This document shows positions 1 through 7,396 of a DNA stretch of 64,000 nucleotides, in pieces. The first letter of the stretch is position 1. Each line of letters starts with the position of its first letter. The position numbers and the translations under genes were made by a program. The stretch lies in the IMG/VR virus record IMGVR_UViG_3300046804_003398; one strand, written 5' to 3'. Below the pieces are notes generated by a model. The model did no database searches, had not been told where the DNA came from, and saw nothing but the letters and a program-made list of their open reading frames with translations. The stretch comes from a virus. Taxonomy: Duplodnaviria > Caudoviricetes.

Positions 1-86
1 GAATTAACCGCAACAGAAATAACTGGAATTGGAATAGGGAATCACAATTTCCTGGCCAAGAAACACTTGCATACTTTGATTGCCGT

Positions 87-449
87 GTGTTTACCATTCC
101 TGACCGAGTGGAAGTAATGAACTATTTCCGTTGGAGGCAACAAGATTGTATTCGTAATAGTGTGATTATGGTAGCACAAAGCAATTTCAGTCACAAACAA
201 TTGCATGGTAAGAGTCAGCGTGATATGCACGATATGCTTCATTCTAAAGGTGTAAATTGGGCAACTGATTACACTGATGGTGAAAAAAATGGTAGAATCA
301 TTTTGAAAGAAACCTATGAACTTGATCCGGTATTGGAACAAGTTGGACCCATTGAAAGAACTCGTTGGGTTGCCAAAGATGCTTGGGTATTTACCAAGGA
401 TGAAGGTAAATTGTTAAATATGATTCCAAAATATGAACAGACCAATTAA
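87..449 (+). CDS. hypothetical protein
   Basis: 120-aa ORF whose end overlaps the start of the next co-oriented gene; no recognised motif. Confidence 0.6.
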   Translation: MFTIPDRVEVMNYFRWRQQDCIRNSVIMVAQSNFSHKQLHGKSQRDMHDMLHSKGVNWATDYTDGEKNGRIILKETYELDPVLEQVGPIERTRWVAKDAWVFTKDEGKLLNMIPKYEQTN

Positions 450-801
450 ATTTAGAGTGTGGGATAAATTGGCAAAACGCATGATTTATCCTCATAATGA
501 CAATCAACAACACTTTATCATTGATTTAAATGGACGATTCCATAATCTACAAAATGGCAGCGGTGGTGATGATTATGTAATCCAACAATACACTGGCTTA
601 AATGATAACACGGATATTCCCATTTACGAGGGTGATATTATTCATTTAAAATTTGGTGAGTTAAATGCTAATCTTGTGGTAAAGTGGGATAAATATATGG
701 GATTGAAATACCATAATGGAGGATGGACTTCTTTGGTGCATGTTGATACCCACGGAGAAGTAATTGGCAATATTTTTGAACATAGTGAACTATTAAAATG
801 A
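433..801 (+). CDS. YopX-family protein
   Basis: IKFRVWDK N-terminus, QYTGLND..IYEGDII, EVIGNIFEH C-terminus: typical YopX motifs. Confidence 0.8.
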   Translation: MNRPIKFRVWDKLAKRMIYPHNDNQQHFIIDLNGRFHNLQNGSGGDDYVIQQYTGLNDNTDIPIYEGDIIHLKFGELNANLVVKWDKYMGLKYHNGGWTSLVHVDTHGEVIGNIFEHSELLK

Positions 802-959
802 TTGTTTTAATTACTTATCTTGATAAAGAAACAAATACCAAAATGGTGAGTCACGGATACAATACAGAAACCGATGAACTTGTTGTTTTGCCAAATTCTC
901 CACTGCGTGAATTTGATTATTCATTTGATTCAGTGCATAGAGAGTATATACTAAACTAA
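798..959 (+). CDS. small hypothetical protein (53 aa, not in ORF track)
   Basis: ATGA overlap with the YopX stop; reads MIVLITYLDKETNTKMVSHG...REYILN. Confidence 0.55.
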   Translation: MIVLITYLDKETNTKMVSHGYNTETDELVVLPNSPLREFDYSFDSVHREYILN

Positions 960-1000
960 TCTTACGATAATCTTCTGATAAACAAACACAATCTACTGAT

Positions 1001-1447
1001 ATGAATAAAAATATTAAAACCTGCCCAAATTGTGACGCATATGAAGTAAAAGGTGAATATCATTCTCTTTTTGGATGCGGTTCTTACTACTCTGATATGC
1101 GAATGGGAACGCCTACAATTACAGAGAAACGAGAAGGTTATAGATTTCAAGAAACACTACAGTGCGCTCATAACAGAATTGCAGTCTTAAATATTAGACT
1201 CCGTAAAGTTGAAGAATATGTTAAAAAACAAACAGAAGTTCCAAAGAAAACACTAAAAAGTCTTGAGGAACATAATAACGAAGCATATAACACTTTTGCC
1301 GCAGTCAATAACCTCAACTCTGGCTTTGCTTGTCCAAAGTGTGGAGAAGAATTGTATTATTCTAATCCCAATGTTATGTTGACAACATATCCTCCTAAAC
1401 GAGGTGTGCATTGTAACAAGTGCAATCATACAGATTATGTCTATTAA
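1001..1447 (+). CDS. hypothetical protein with Zn-ribbon motifs
   Basis: CPNC, CPKC and CNKC pairs. Confidence 0.65.
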   Translation: MNKNIKTCPNCDAYEVKGEYHSLFGCGSYYSDMRMGTPTITEKREGYRFQETLQCAHNRIAVLNIRLRKVEEYVKKQTEVPKKTLKSLEEHNNEAYNTFAAVNNLNSGFACPKCGEELYYSNPNVMLTTYPPKRGVHCNKCNHTDYVY

Positions 1448-1448
1448 T

Positions 1449-1724
1449 ATGAATAAACCAATAGGCGCGACACAAAAACAATTAGAAGAAAATAATATTG
1501 AATGGGTATATTGTTCTGAGTATACCCATAGAAATGTTTATGAACCAATATGGGCATTACGACATAGTAGTGAATACGACTGGGCTAAAGAAAGAACTAT
1601 GCTACTACAAGAAATTGCCAATCTAAAAAGAGATTGTCATCATCTTGCAAAATGTATTGATACTGTTGTTACAAATGAATATACTTACGGATTGATAATG
1701 AAGTATACCGACGAATCCAAATAA
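1449..1724 (+). CDS. hypothetical protein
   Basis: Start reset to MNKPIG just after the upstream stop; tight packing. Confidence 0.6.
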   Translation: MNKPIGATQKQLEENNIEWVYCSEYTHRNVYEPIWALRHSSEYDWAKERTMLLQEIANLKRDCHHLAKCIDTVVTNEYTYGLIMKYTDESK

Positions 1725-1725
1725 T

Positions 1726-2103
1726 ATGAAAATACTAAATCTATTCAAGAAAAAGACTGAACCAGAAACAACGCCGGTAGAACAACCGAAGAATAAATAT
1801 TATTTAGCTAAATATAGAGCCAATGTATCTTTACATATTACCTACAATCAACTAGATACTGATGGTTATCACGAATACAGACAATATGAAAATATTGAAA
1901 GTGACGATAATGTAGTTTTTCTTGAACATAAAAATAAACTAATTAAAGAATATCAAGAGGTAATTTCAAATATTAATGAACAACTAAAAGACAATTCAAG
2001 TGAATATATTATGGTGCAAAAAGTATTTCTTTTCAAAAAGTCTGACTTTGTTAATGCAAAAATTATAATCAAAGATAATGACCTATATGAATCTACCAAC
2101 TAA
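1726..2103 (+). CDS. hypothetical protein
   Basis: 125-aa ORF in an operon-like array. Confidence 0.65.
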   Translation: MKILNLFKKKTEPETTPVEQPKNKYYLAKYRANVSLHITYNQLDTDGYHEYRQYENIESDDNVVFLEHKNKLIKEYQEVISNINEQLKDNSSEYIMVQKVFLFKKSDFVNAKIIIKDNDLYESTN

Positions 2104-2266
2104 ACAACCAGATGTAATTGATTTAACTAGATCAATTAGAGACGCACATTACCAACTATTATTAGACTACCAAGCTTTGATGTTGAAAGTCACCGCTTTG
2201 GAATCAGAAAATGCAGACCTCAAAGAAAGATTGAATCAAGTTGCAGATAAAATCCAACTTGGCTAA
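2087..2266 (+). CDS. small coiled-coil protein
   Basis: Heptad-like YQALMLKVTALESENADLKERLNQV. Confidence 0.55.
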   Translation: MNLPTKQPDVIDLTRSIRDAHYQLLLDYQALMLKVTALESENADLKERLNQVADKIQLG

Positions 2267-2271
2267 GGACT

Positions 2272-2514
2272 ATGCGATTATATTCTAAAAACAACAAAGA
2301 AGATCTGTTTGATATCTTTAACATTGATATCCATCTTCCCACATTCAAATGGGAAACACAGCCAGGAACTTCCTGGGGAAATGATCTTCCAACAAATTGT
2401 GTTGATATCAAAGTAAATACACAATTGATTTACCGCAAAGATAAGATTTGGACTTATTTTGAATTGACTTTGCTAGGATTTGGCTTTAGTGTCACTAAAC
2501 AAACTGGTTACTAA
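2272..2514 (+). CDS. hypothetical protein
   Basis: 80-aa ORF; C-terminus LLGFGFSVTKQTGY resembles the LLGFGIGFLRQNGY end of 38345-38611. Confidence 0.6.
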   Translation: MRLYSKNNKEDLFDIFNIDIHLPTFKWETQPGTSWGNDLPTNCVDIKVNTQLIYRKDKIWTYFELTLLGFGFSVTKQTGY

Positions 2515-2517
2515 TTT

Positions 2518-2964
2518 ATGAAATACAGAATTTGGAGCAAAAATGCTGAATGTTATACTCACGAACCTGAATATCCTGGTTCATCACTACATTGCGCATC
2601 AAACTATTACCTAGATAGTGATGGTAACATTGTTGACTTTGTAACAACTATTGGTGGTAATCAAGATGATGCATCAAAATGTGATGTAGACCAAGAAGCT
2701 TATACTATTGAACTATGCACTGGTTTCAAAGCCACTAATGGTGAATACCTATATGAAGGTGATATTGTAGAAATGCCATTGGGTATCAAAACTACAATTG
2801 GTAGAGTTGTATATGAACATTTTGGTTTTATGATTTATGAACGAACTGGTGGTGTTCTACAATTTGTTCAAAAACCATACACTTATATGGGTAATTATAA
2901 CAAAAATCCAGAAATACTTACTGCTCCCGTCAAAATTGATAATGGTAGCGTAGGAGGACATTAA
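2518..2964 (+). CDS. YopX-family protein
   Basis: KYRIWSK, LCTGFKATNGEYLYEGDIV, MGNYNKNPEIL. Confidence 0.7.
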   Translation: MKYRIWSKNAECYTHEPEYPGSSLHCASNYYLDSDGNIVDFVTTIGGNQDDASKCDVDQEAYTIELCTGFKATNGEYLYEGDIVEMPLGIKTTIGRVVYEHFGFMIYERTGGVLQFVQKPYTYMGNYNKNPEILTAPVKIDNGSVGGH

Positions 2965-2967
2965 TAT

Positions 2968-3168
2968 ATGAAATGTATCAAACGAGGAACTCCTCCAGAA
3001 CAAAGAGTATGGGAAGGTGATTGTTATAATTGCAATTCCAAATTTGAAGCACTTGAAGGTGAATTGGTTAATTTTGTAAATGACCCAAAAGATCATACCA
3101 GAATGGCAAAAGCAAAATGTGAAGTATGTAATGCAGAATTCTGGCTGTATCCAAAGAAAAATAGATGA
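2968..3168 (+). CDS. small Zn-finger protein
   Basis: CYNC...CEVC. Confidence 0.6.
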   Translation: MKCIKRGTPPEQRVWEGDCYNCNSKFEALEGELVNFVNDPKDHTRMAKAKCEVCNAEFWLYPKKNR

Positions 3169-3268
3169 ATACCAACATTACATCTGAACAACCCTATACT
3201 AGATACTTTTTAACCAACTCAAAAACAAAAGTAGCTAAAGTAAGAATTGTTCTATTATATAAATCAAA

Positions 3269-3718
3269 ATGAGAGAATTCATTTACAGAATTTGGGATAA
3301 GGAAGCCAAGAAATATGTGATGATAGGATCACTATATGGTTGTGAAGGCACTGCTGGATTATCTTGTTATTTCAATCGTAATACTCATGTCGTGGAAGAA
3401 TATACAGGTCTACATGATAGTAAAGGTAACAAAATTTTTGAGGGTGATATTCTATACTTTGTTGGTAGATATATTTACACTGAACCAGTTGAAGTTATTT
3501 ATTATGGATCTTCATATGGATGCATCACACATGATGAACGTGGTGTTTTGAAAGAATATACAGATCTAAGACATATTGTTGAACAATATCATCCAGAAGT
3601 TATTGGTAATAGACATCAGTTGCCTTGTAAACCAGATCACAATGGCGAGTGTATCCATTGCGACTGTTGGCTTACGGACTGTCCGCTTTTGAAAAATGAA
3701 AACAACGGTGAGGTTTGA
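3269..3718 (+). CDS. YopX-family protein with Cys-rich tail
   Basis: FIYRIWDK, EYTGLHDSKGNKIFEGDIL, EVIGN; C-terminal CxxDHxGECxxCDCxxxDC. Confidence 0.75.
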   Translation: MREFIYRIWDKEAKKYVMIGSLYGCEGTAGLSCYFNRNTHVVEEYTGLHDSKGNKIFEGDILYFVGRYIYTEPVEVIYYGSSYGCITHDERGVLKEYTDLRHIVEQYHPEVIGNRHQLPCKPDHNGECIHCDCWLTDCPLLKNENNGEV

Positions 3719-4025
3719 CCACATATATCTTGGTCGAAATGAAAAAGGTCATGATGAATTTTCGTGTGAGATTAATGATACTAAACTTTCTCGTAAAGTC
3801 GGTTTTTGCAAGTATTATCGAACTGATCCGGTGGGAGACAGTTGTTTTATTGAGTATATTCAAATTCAAGAAGAATTCCAAAGAAAAGGATATGCGACCG
3901 CCACAGTGAAAGAACTGCAACGAATGTATCGGTTGGAGTGGGATTATCGGTTCACGGCAGATGGCAGAGAATGGTTCAATGCTTTAATTAATCGAAAAAT
4001 CGTGAATAATTCCACATATGTATGA
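3696..4025 (+). CDS. GNAT-fold acetyltransferase-like protein
   Basis: IEYIQIQEEFQRKGYAT resembles the acetyl-CoA-binding motif A (Q/RxxGxA). Confidence 0.55.
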   Translation: MKTTVRFDHIYLGRNEKGHDEFSCEINDTKLSRKVGFCKYYRTDPVGDSCFIEYIQIQEEFQRKGYATATVKELQRMYRLEWDYRFTADGREWFNALINRKIVNNSTYV

Positions 4026-4051
4026 TATATATTCACTACAAAAGATTGTGC

Positions 4052-4079
4052 TTGATCTTTGAAAACTTGGTGGTAAGAT
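4052..4079 (+). promoter_or_regulatory. sigma70-type promoter (TTGATC-N16-TAAGAT, extended -10)
   Basis: Hexamers read directly; predicted start near 4086 coincides with the 5' end of a long stem. Overlaps a TGATCTTTGAAAA boxA-like string, so the assignment is less certain. Confidence 0.5.
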
Positions 4080-4084
4080 GATTG

Positions 4085-4208
4085 TGTTGTTGGTGATCGT
4101 TCTTTTAACACGGTGGGGGATGTAACCCTTCCAGAACATCATTGAATGGAGGAGTCGCCTCGACCTTTAATCGAAGGGGACCGCCAAAAAGAACGGTTGA
4201 CAACAACA
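4085..4208 (+). ncRNA. unassigned structured RNA (~125 nt, ~20-bp closing helix plus multiloop)
   Basis: TGTTGTTG/CAACAACA and GATCGTTCTTTT/AAAAGAACGGTT pair; internal CGGT/ACCG, GGG/CCC, TTCCA/TGGAG and TCGA/TCGA stems. Confidence 0.55.
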
Positions 4209-4224
4209 AAGTTCGTGGTAAGAT
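4197..4224 (+). promoter_or_regulatory. sigma70-type promoter (TTGACA-N16-TAAGAT) for tRNA cluster 1
   Basis: Perfect -35, TGn extended -10. Confidence 0.7.
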
Positions 4225-4230
4225 GAATAC

Positions 4231-4365
4231 ATGAACAAAGTAGTATACATCACGTTGGGTTTGATAGTTTATCTAGGTCTTATGGTTTTGATCGGAAGAT
4301 TTTGTGGACTATCAAGTGTGGGTGATGAGATCTTTGAAAGTAAAGAAAAGAAAGATAAAGAATAA
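4231..4365 (+). CDS. small single-pass membrane protein (44 aa)
   Basis: MNKVVYITLGLIVYLGLMVLIGRFCG... with a charged tail. Confidence 0.55.
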   Translation: MNKVVYITLGLIVYLGLMVLIGRFCGLSSVGDEIFESKEKKDKE

Positions 4366-4371
4366 TTTTAT

Positions 4372-4448
4372 GGACTCGTAGCTCAGTTGGTCAGAGCTGC
4401 TGGCTTTTAACCAGTAGGTCGGGGGTTCAAATCCCTCCGGGTCCACCA
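4372..4448 (+). tRNA. tRNA-Lys(UUU)
   Basis: Cloverleaf; anticodon loop CTTTTAA; GGTTCAAATCC T-arm; encoded CCA. Confidence 0.95.
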
Positions 4449-4455
4449 ATTTAAT

Positions 4456-4530
4456 GGTCTGTTCGTCTATCGGCTAGGACACTGGACTTTCACTCCGGTA
4501 AGAGGGGTTCGATTCCCCTACAGACTACCA
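4456..4530 (+). tRNA. tRNA-Glu(UUC)
   Basis: Cloverleaf; loop CTTTCAC; GGTTCGATTCC; CCA. Confidence 0.95.
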
Positions 4531-4559
4531 TTTCTGGTTGATCAGTTATCCAGAAGATA

Positions 4560-4745
4560 AAACTGATTTTGGTTTGGCAGAGATCCAAAGTCAAAACTGC
4601 TTGGTGGAGGACATAGGAAACTACGTCCCTAGAGTTGGAAGGTCTCTTAAAAAACTTCTTGGTTGCGGGGTTAGCGCATGGTATACTTGGTTTGTTGGAT
4701 GGATCAAGTATTCACTAAACACATCCAACCCAATTTCAGTTCTTT
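4560..4745 (+). ncRNA. unassigned structured RNA with an H-type pseudoknot
   Basis: GGAC-ATAG-GAAA-CTAC-GTCC hairpin; stem ATACTTGGT/ATCAAGTAT whose loop GTTGGATG pairs perfectly with CATCCAAC (4722-4729); AACTGA/TCAGTT closing pair. Confidence 0.5.
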
Positions 4746-4753
4746 ATAAAATT

Positions 4754-4831
4754 TGCGGGTGAGTGAAACGGATTATCATTCCACGCTCATAACGTGAGAG
4801 ATACTGGGTTCGACTCCCAGACCCGCTACCA
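4754..4831 (+). tRNA. tRNA-Met-type (CAU), 1:72 mismatch
   Basis: Loop CTCATAA; GCGGGT/ACCCGC acceptor; GGTTCGACTCC; CCA. Confidence 0.85.
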
Positions 4832-4835
4832 CTTA

Positions 4836-4910
4836 CGCCCGGAGAATATCCGATCAATACGCAACACGGAAAGAAACCTCCTCTAAAGGGAAACTTGCTA
4901 GTAGCGGGCG
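4836..4910 (+). other. structured spacer between tRNAs
   Basis: CGCCCG/CGGGCG closing stem with internal CGGA/TCCG, GCAA/TTGC and CCT/AGG stems. Confidence 0.4.
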
Positions 4911-4923
4911 ACAATTTTAAGTT

Positions 4924-4935
4924 AGTTCTTTAACA
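4924..4935 (+). promoter_or_regulatory. boxA-like antitermination element
   Basis: AGTTCTTTAACA versus E. coli rrn boxA TGCTCTTTAACA; similar strings at 4738 and 7539. Confidence 0.5.
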
Positions 4936-4943
4936 AAACAATT

Positions 4944-5030
4944 TGCGGGGTGTCAGAAGTCTGGTATCTGGCTACGCTCATAACGTAGTGCCGTTTGGCC
5001 TCGGAGGTTCAAATCCTCCTCCCGCTACCA
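4944..5030 (+). tRNA. tRNA-Met-type (CAU) with long variable arm
   Basis: CTACG-CTCATAA-CGTAG arm; GCC-GTTT-GGC variable hairpin; GGAGG-TTCAAAT-CCTCC; CCA. Confidence 0.85.
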
Positions 5031-5036
5031 TTTAGT

Positions 5037-5128
5037 GGCCTCAAGATGTAAGGTGCATGGGGAGACTTATAATCTCTATAATCGCTCGATTGGCGTTCTG
5101 GGCAGTTCGATTCTGCATGAGGCTACCA
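5037..5128 (+). tRNA. tRNA-Ile(UAU) with long variable region
   Basis: GGCCTCA/TGAGGCT acceptor; GGAGA-CTTATAA-TCTCT arm; GCAG-TTCGATT-CTGC; CCA. Confidence 0.8.
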
Positions 5129-5133
5129 TTTTT

Positions 5134-5302
5134 GATCGTGTAATGGAATTAGACATACGGATGATGGGTAGCACGAAGTTACGTTACTTGGAGTGGTTTC
5201 CAAGTGTAGTTGAAGCAAATCGTGTCCATCAGACGGGTGCTAGATATAGCCTGACCAGCCTTGAAACTAGTTGTGGGTATTCCAGTCCCACCACGGTCAC
5301 AA
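5134..5302 (+). ncRNA. tRNA-mimic RNA with large insert replacing the anticodon arm
   Basis: GATCGTG/CACGGTC acceptor; Leu/Ser-like D region TAATGGAATTAGAC; GTGGG-TATTCCAGT-CCCAC T-like arm; long inner helix TGATGG..GCACGA/TCGTGT..CCATCA; ends in CAA, not CCA. Confidence 0.6.
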
Positions 5303-5308
5303 TTTACT

Positions 5309-5392
5309 GGGTGTGTGACGGAATGGCAGACGTAGTTGACTCAAAATCAACCGCCGAAAGGCGTGGGGGTTCGACTCCCTCCATACCCACCA
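5309..5392 (+). tRNA. tRNA-Leu(CAA)
   Basis: GTTGA-CTCAAAA-TCAAC; variable arm CGCC-GAAA-GGCG; CCA. Confidence 0.95.
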
Positions 5393-5399
5393 ATTTTTT

Positions 5400-5558
5400 A
5401 TGAGTAACAAAGACGACAAAGAAAGATTCAATAATTTGATCATGACCGGATCGTATGCCACCAATGAAGAACTGGGTTCATTCATGGGTATTGTAATTGT
5501 GTTTGGTTTGATCGCGGCAATTGGATACGGAATTTATTGGTTGGTCAAACATTCCTAA
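5400..5558 (+). CDS. small membrane protein (52 aa)
   Basis: MSNKDDKERFNN...FMGIVIVFGLIAAIGYGIYWLVKHS hydrophobic C-terminal helix. Confidence 0.6.
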   Translation: MSNKDDKERFNNLIMTGSYATNEELGSFMGIVIVFGLIAAIGYGIYWLVKHS

Positions 5559-6429
5559 GTCGTTCTATATTCTCATAATGTTCAGTCCACTCCTTGATAA
5601 ATCTTGGATCTTGTGGAACATCACACTTCAAAGAACGAGGTATCCAATCGCACATTACATTTCCATGTAACTGCCAACGTTGACCATCACCGCCAATGGT
5701 ATAATAATTTCCCCTTCTATAATGATATGCCGTAGTAATTATTCCACCATAATGGAAAAATTCTGGGTAAATATCACTGTCAAAAAAGTGCATGTTTGTG
5801 GTCAACCCATACACTTCACTATTAAAAAATCTAAAATGATCACCACCAGCTGGTTGTGGTAACGTATAAATTCTGTCTGCAATAGGCAATTTACTTTTAG
5901 CTCCTTCACGCAACCTACGCATTGGATAAAACAATGGGTCAGGTGTTGAAGTAAACCATCTGCTGGTTTTATCTATAATTTCTCTCTTGATCCAAAACAA
6001 CGAAGGGTCCATCTTGGGTTCGTTGTCACAATTTGTCACAACATCAAACGTATCTGGCAAATTAAACAAATAATCAAGGTTGTCTAATCGAATGTCGGGT
6101 TCAATAAACAATATGGCTTCACTTGTTGACGCATCCAATCCAACATTCTGTGCATGATCTCTGAAGTCTGTTAGTTTACCATCTTTTCGATAATCAAACA
6201 TATCATTGTGATCAGCCCATATGAAATTGGCAAATGGTAATGTTTGTGTTGTGATGTGAGTGTAATCATACGGACCATCTTTCATTGGCGCCCAAGTCCT
6301 ACTGTTGCAACTGTAGATGTAGTGAATCTTGTTGAAATGGTGGTGGTTATCAATTAGAAACTTTCTGAACAAAGGAAAATCGTGTTCAGGTGCATTGATT
6401 ACAACTATATCTGTGTTTTTAAAATTCAT
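5545..6429 (-). CDS. putative GT-A-fold glycosyltransferase (paralog of 6433-7320)
   Basis: RDHAQNVGLDASTSEAILFIEPDI mirrors the GT2 'RNxGL..a.gdyilflDxD' segment, with EPD at the DxD position. Confidence 0.6.
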   Translation of the reverse strand: MNFKNTDIVVINAPEHDFPLFRKFLIDNHHHFNKIHYIYSCNSRTWAPMKDGPYDYTHITTQTLPFANFIWADHNDMFDYRKDGKLTDFRDHAQNVGLDASTSEAILFIEPDIRLDNLDYLFNLPDTFDVVTNCDNEPKMDPSLFWIKREIIDKTSRWFTSTPDPLFYPMRRLREGAKSKLPIADRIYTLPQPAGGDHFRFFNSEVYGLTTNMHFFDSDIYPEFFHYGGIITTAYHYRRGNYYTIGGDGQRWQLHGNVMCDWIPRSLKCDVPQDPRFIKEWTEHYENIERLRNV

Positions 6430-6432
6430 GAT

Positions 6433-7320
6433 TTACCAGTTTGCAAACTTTCTCATGTTTTGTAAGTGGTGTTTGATTTCCTCGACATATTTTGGGTCCA
6501 GAGGAATATCACACTTTAAACATTGTTCCATATAACGTCCAAGCACATCAAGTTCATACACACCTTCATATATGTCTTTTCTCAAATGCCACATGGTAGC
6601 TACAACACCACCCATGTGACGAAAGTCAAAACTTCTATGATTGATAAAGTGTGCGTTTGTAGATTGTAATATCAACTCGCTTGTAAATTGATTGAAATGA
6701 TCGGTGGCTTGTTTGTCTTTATGAACAAAAAATCTATCCTTGATTGGAATTGTATTTGTCACATATTCACCGTAAGTTGGTCTCATTACCAATACATCAG
6801 GTCCGCTTGTGAATTGAACAATATTATCAAATATGAATTGTCCAGATGCGGTGAACCATCTACGAGTTTTGTCAATCAACTTTCGTCTGGTCCAAATAAA
6901 TGAAGGTGACAGTCTGTAACTGGTATCTTCGCAGTGTGCAATTATGTCCAAGTCATCTGGTAATTTCAATAGATAGTCAATATTACCCACGATGATGTCT
7001 GGCTCCAAAAACAACACCGATTCAGAATTGGATTGATCAAGTGCTTTATTTGTTGCATGATCTCTGAAGTCGCTCAACAATCCATCTTTTCTCCATGTGG
7101 TAATTTCGTTATGATCAGCCCAAATGAAGTTTGCGAATGGCATTGAATCCATTATGGTCTTGGAATAATCATACTTTGCTTCTAGTTGACTTGGTTGATA
7201 ACTAAACACGTAGTGTATTTTGTTGAATAAACAGTGGTTATCAATCAAGAACTTACGAAACAGTGGAAAATCTTGATCTGGCAGACTAACAACAACAATA
7301 TCAGTTTTGGAGAAATCCAT
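6433..7320 (-). CDS. putative GT-A-fold glycosyltransferase (paralog of 5545-6429)
   Basis: RDHATNKALDQSNSESVLFLEPDI; shares DFPLFRKFLIDNH and MPFANFIWADHN with its neighbour. Confidence 0.6.
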   Translation of the reverse strand: MDFSKTDIVVVSLPDQDFPLFRKFLIDNHCLFNKIHYVFSYQPSQLEAKYDYSKTIMDSMPFANFIWADHNEITTWRKDGLLSDFRDHATNKALDQSNSESVLFLEPDIIVGNIDYLLKLPDDLDIIAHCEDTSYRLSPSFIWTRRKLIDKTRRWFTASGQFIFDNIVQFTSGPDVLVMRPTYGEYVTNTIPIKDRFFVHKDKQATDHFNQFTSELILQSTNAHFINHRSFDFRHMGGVVATMWHLRKDIYEGVYELDVLGRYMEQCLKCDIPLDPKYVEEIKHHLQNMRKFANW

Positions 7321-7357
7321 ATAAAATCCTATCGATATGGTATATATATCATGTCGC

Positions 7358-7385
7358 TTGACTAATGTGGTGTATGGTGTAAGAT
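7358..7385 (+). promoter_or_regulatory. sigma70-type promoter (TTGACT-N16-TAAGAT)
   Basis: Lies 12 nt upstream of tRNA-Leu(UAA). Confidence 0.65.
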
Positions 7386-7396
7386 GTTATGTATTC

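Noticed and set aside
4544-4612. SAM-I riboswitch (TTATCCAGA...GGTGGAGG)
   Set aside because: The fragments are not contiguous as required, the GCAACC/GGTGC core is missing, and no downstream gene fits.
4665-4700. Additional tRNA starting GCGGGGTTAGCGCA
   Set aside because: No anticodon arm, T-arm or complementary acceptor strand; it is part of the pseudoknot element instead.
5134-5302. tmRNA or group I intron-containing tRNA
   Set aside because: Too short for either; no G3-U70, no tag ORF ending in Ala-Ala, and no recognisable group I P7 core.
5035-5403. 122-aa ORF (and 4538-4762) in the ORF track
   Set aside because: 5035-5403 overlaps tRNA-Ile, the tRNA mimic and tRNA-Leu, and 4538-4762 overlaps the pseudoknot RNA and the start of tRNA-Met; neither has protein-like features. 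Treated as chance ORFs in GC-richer RNA genes.
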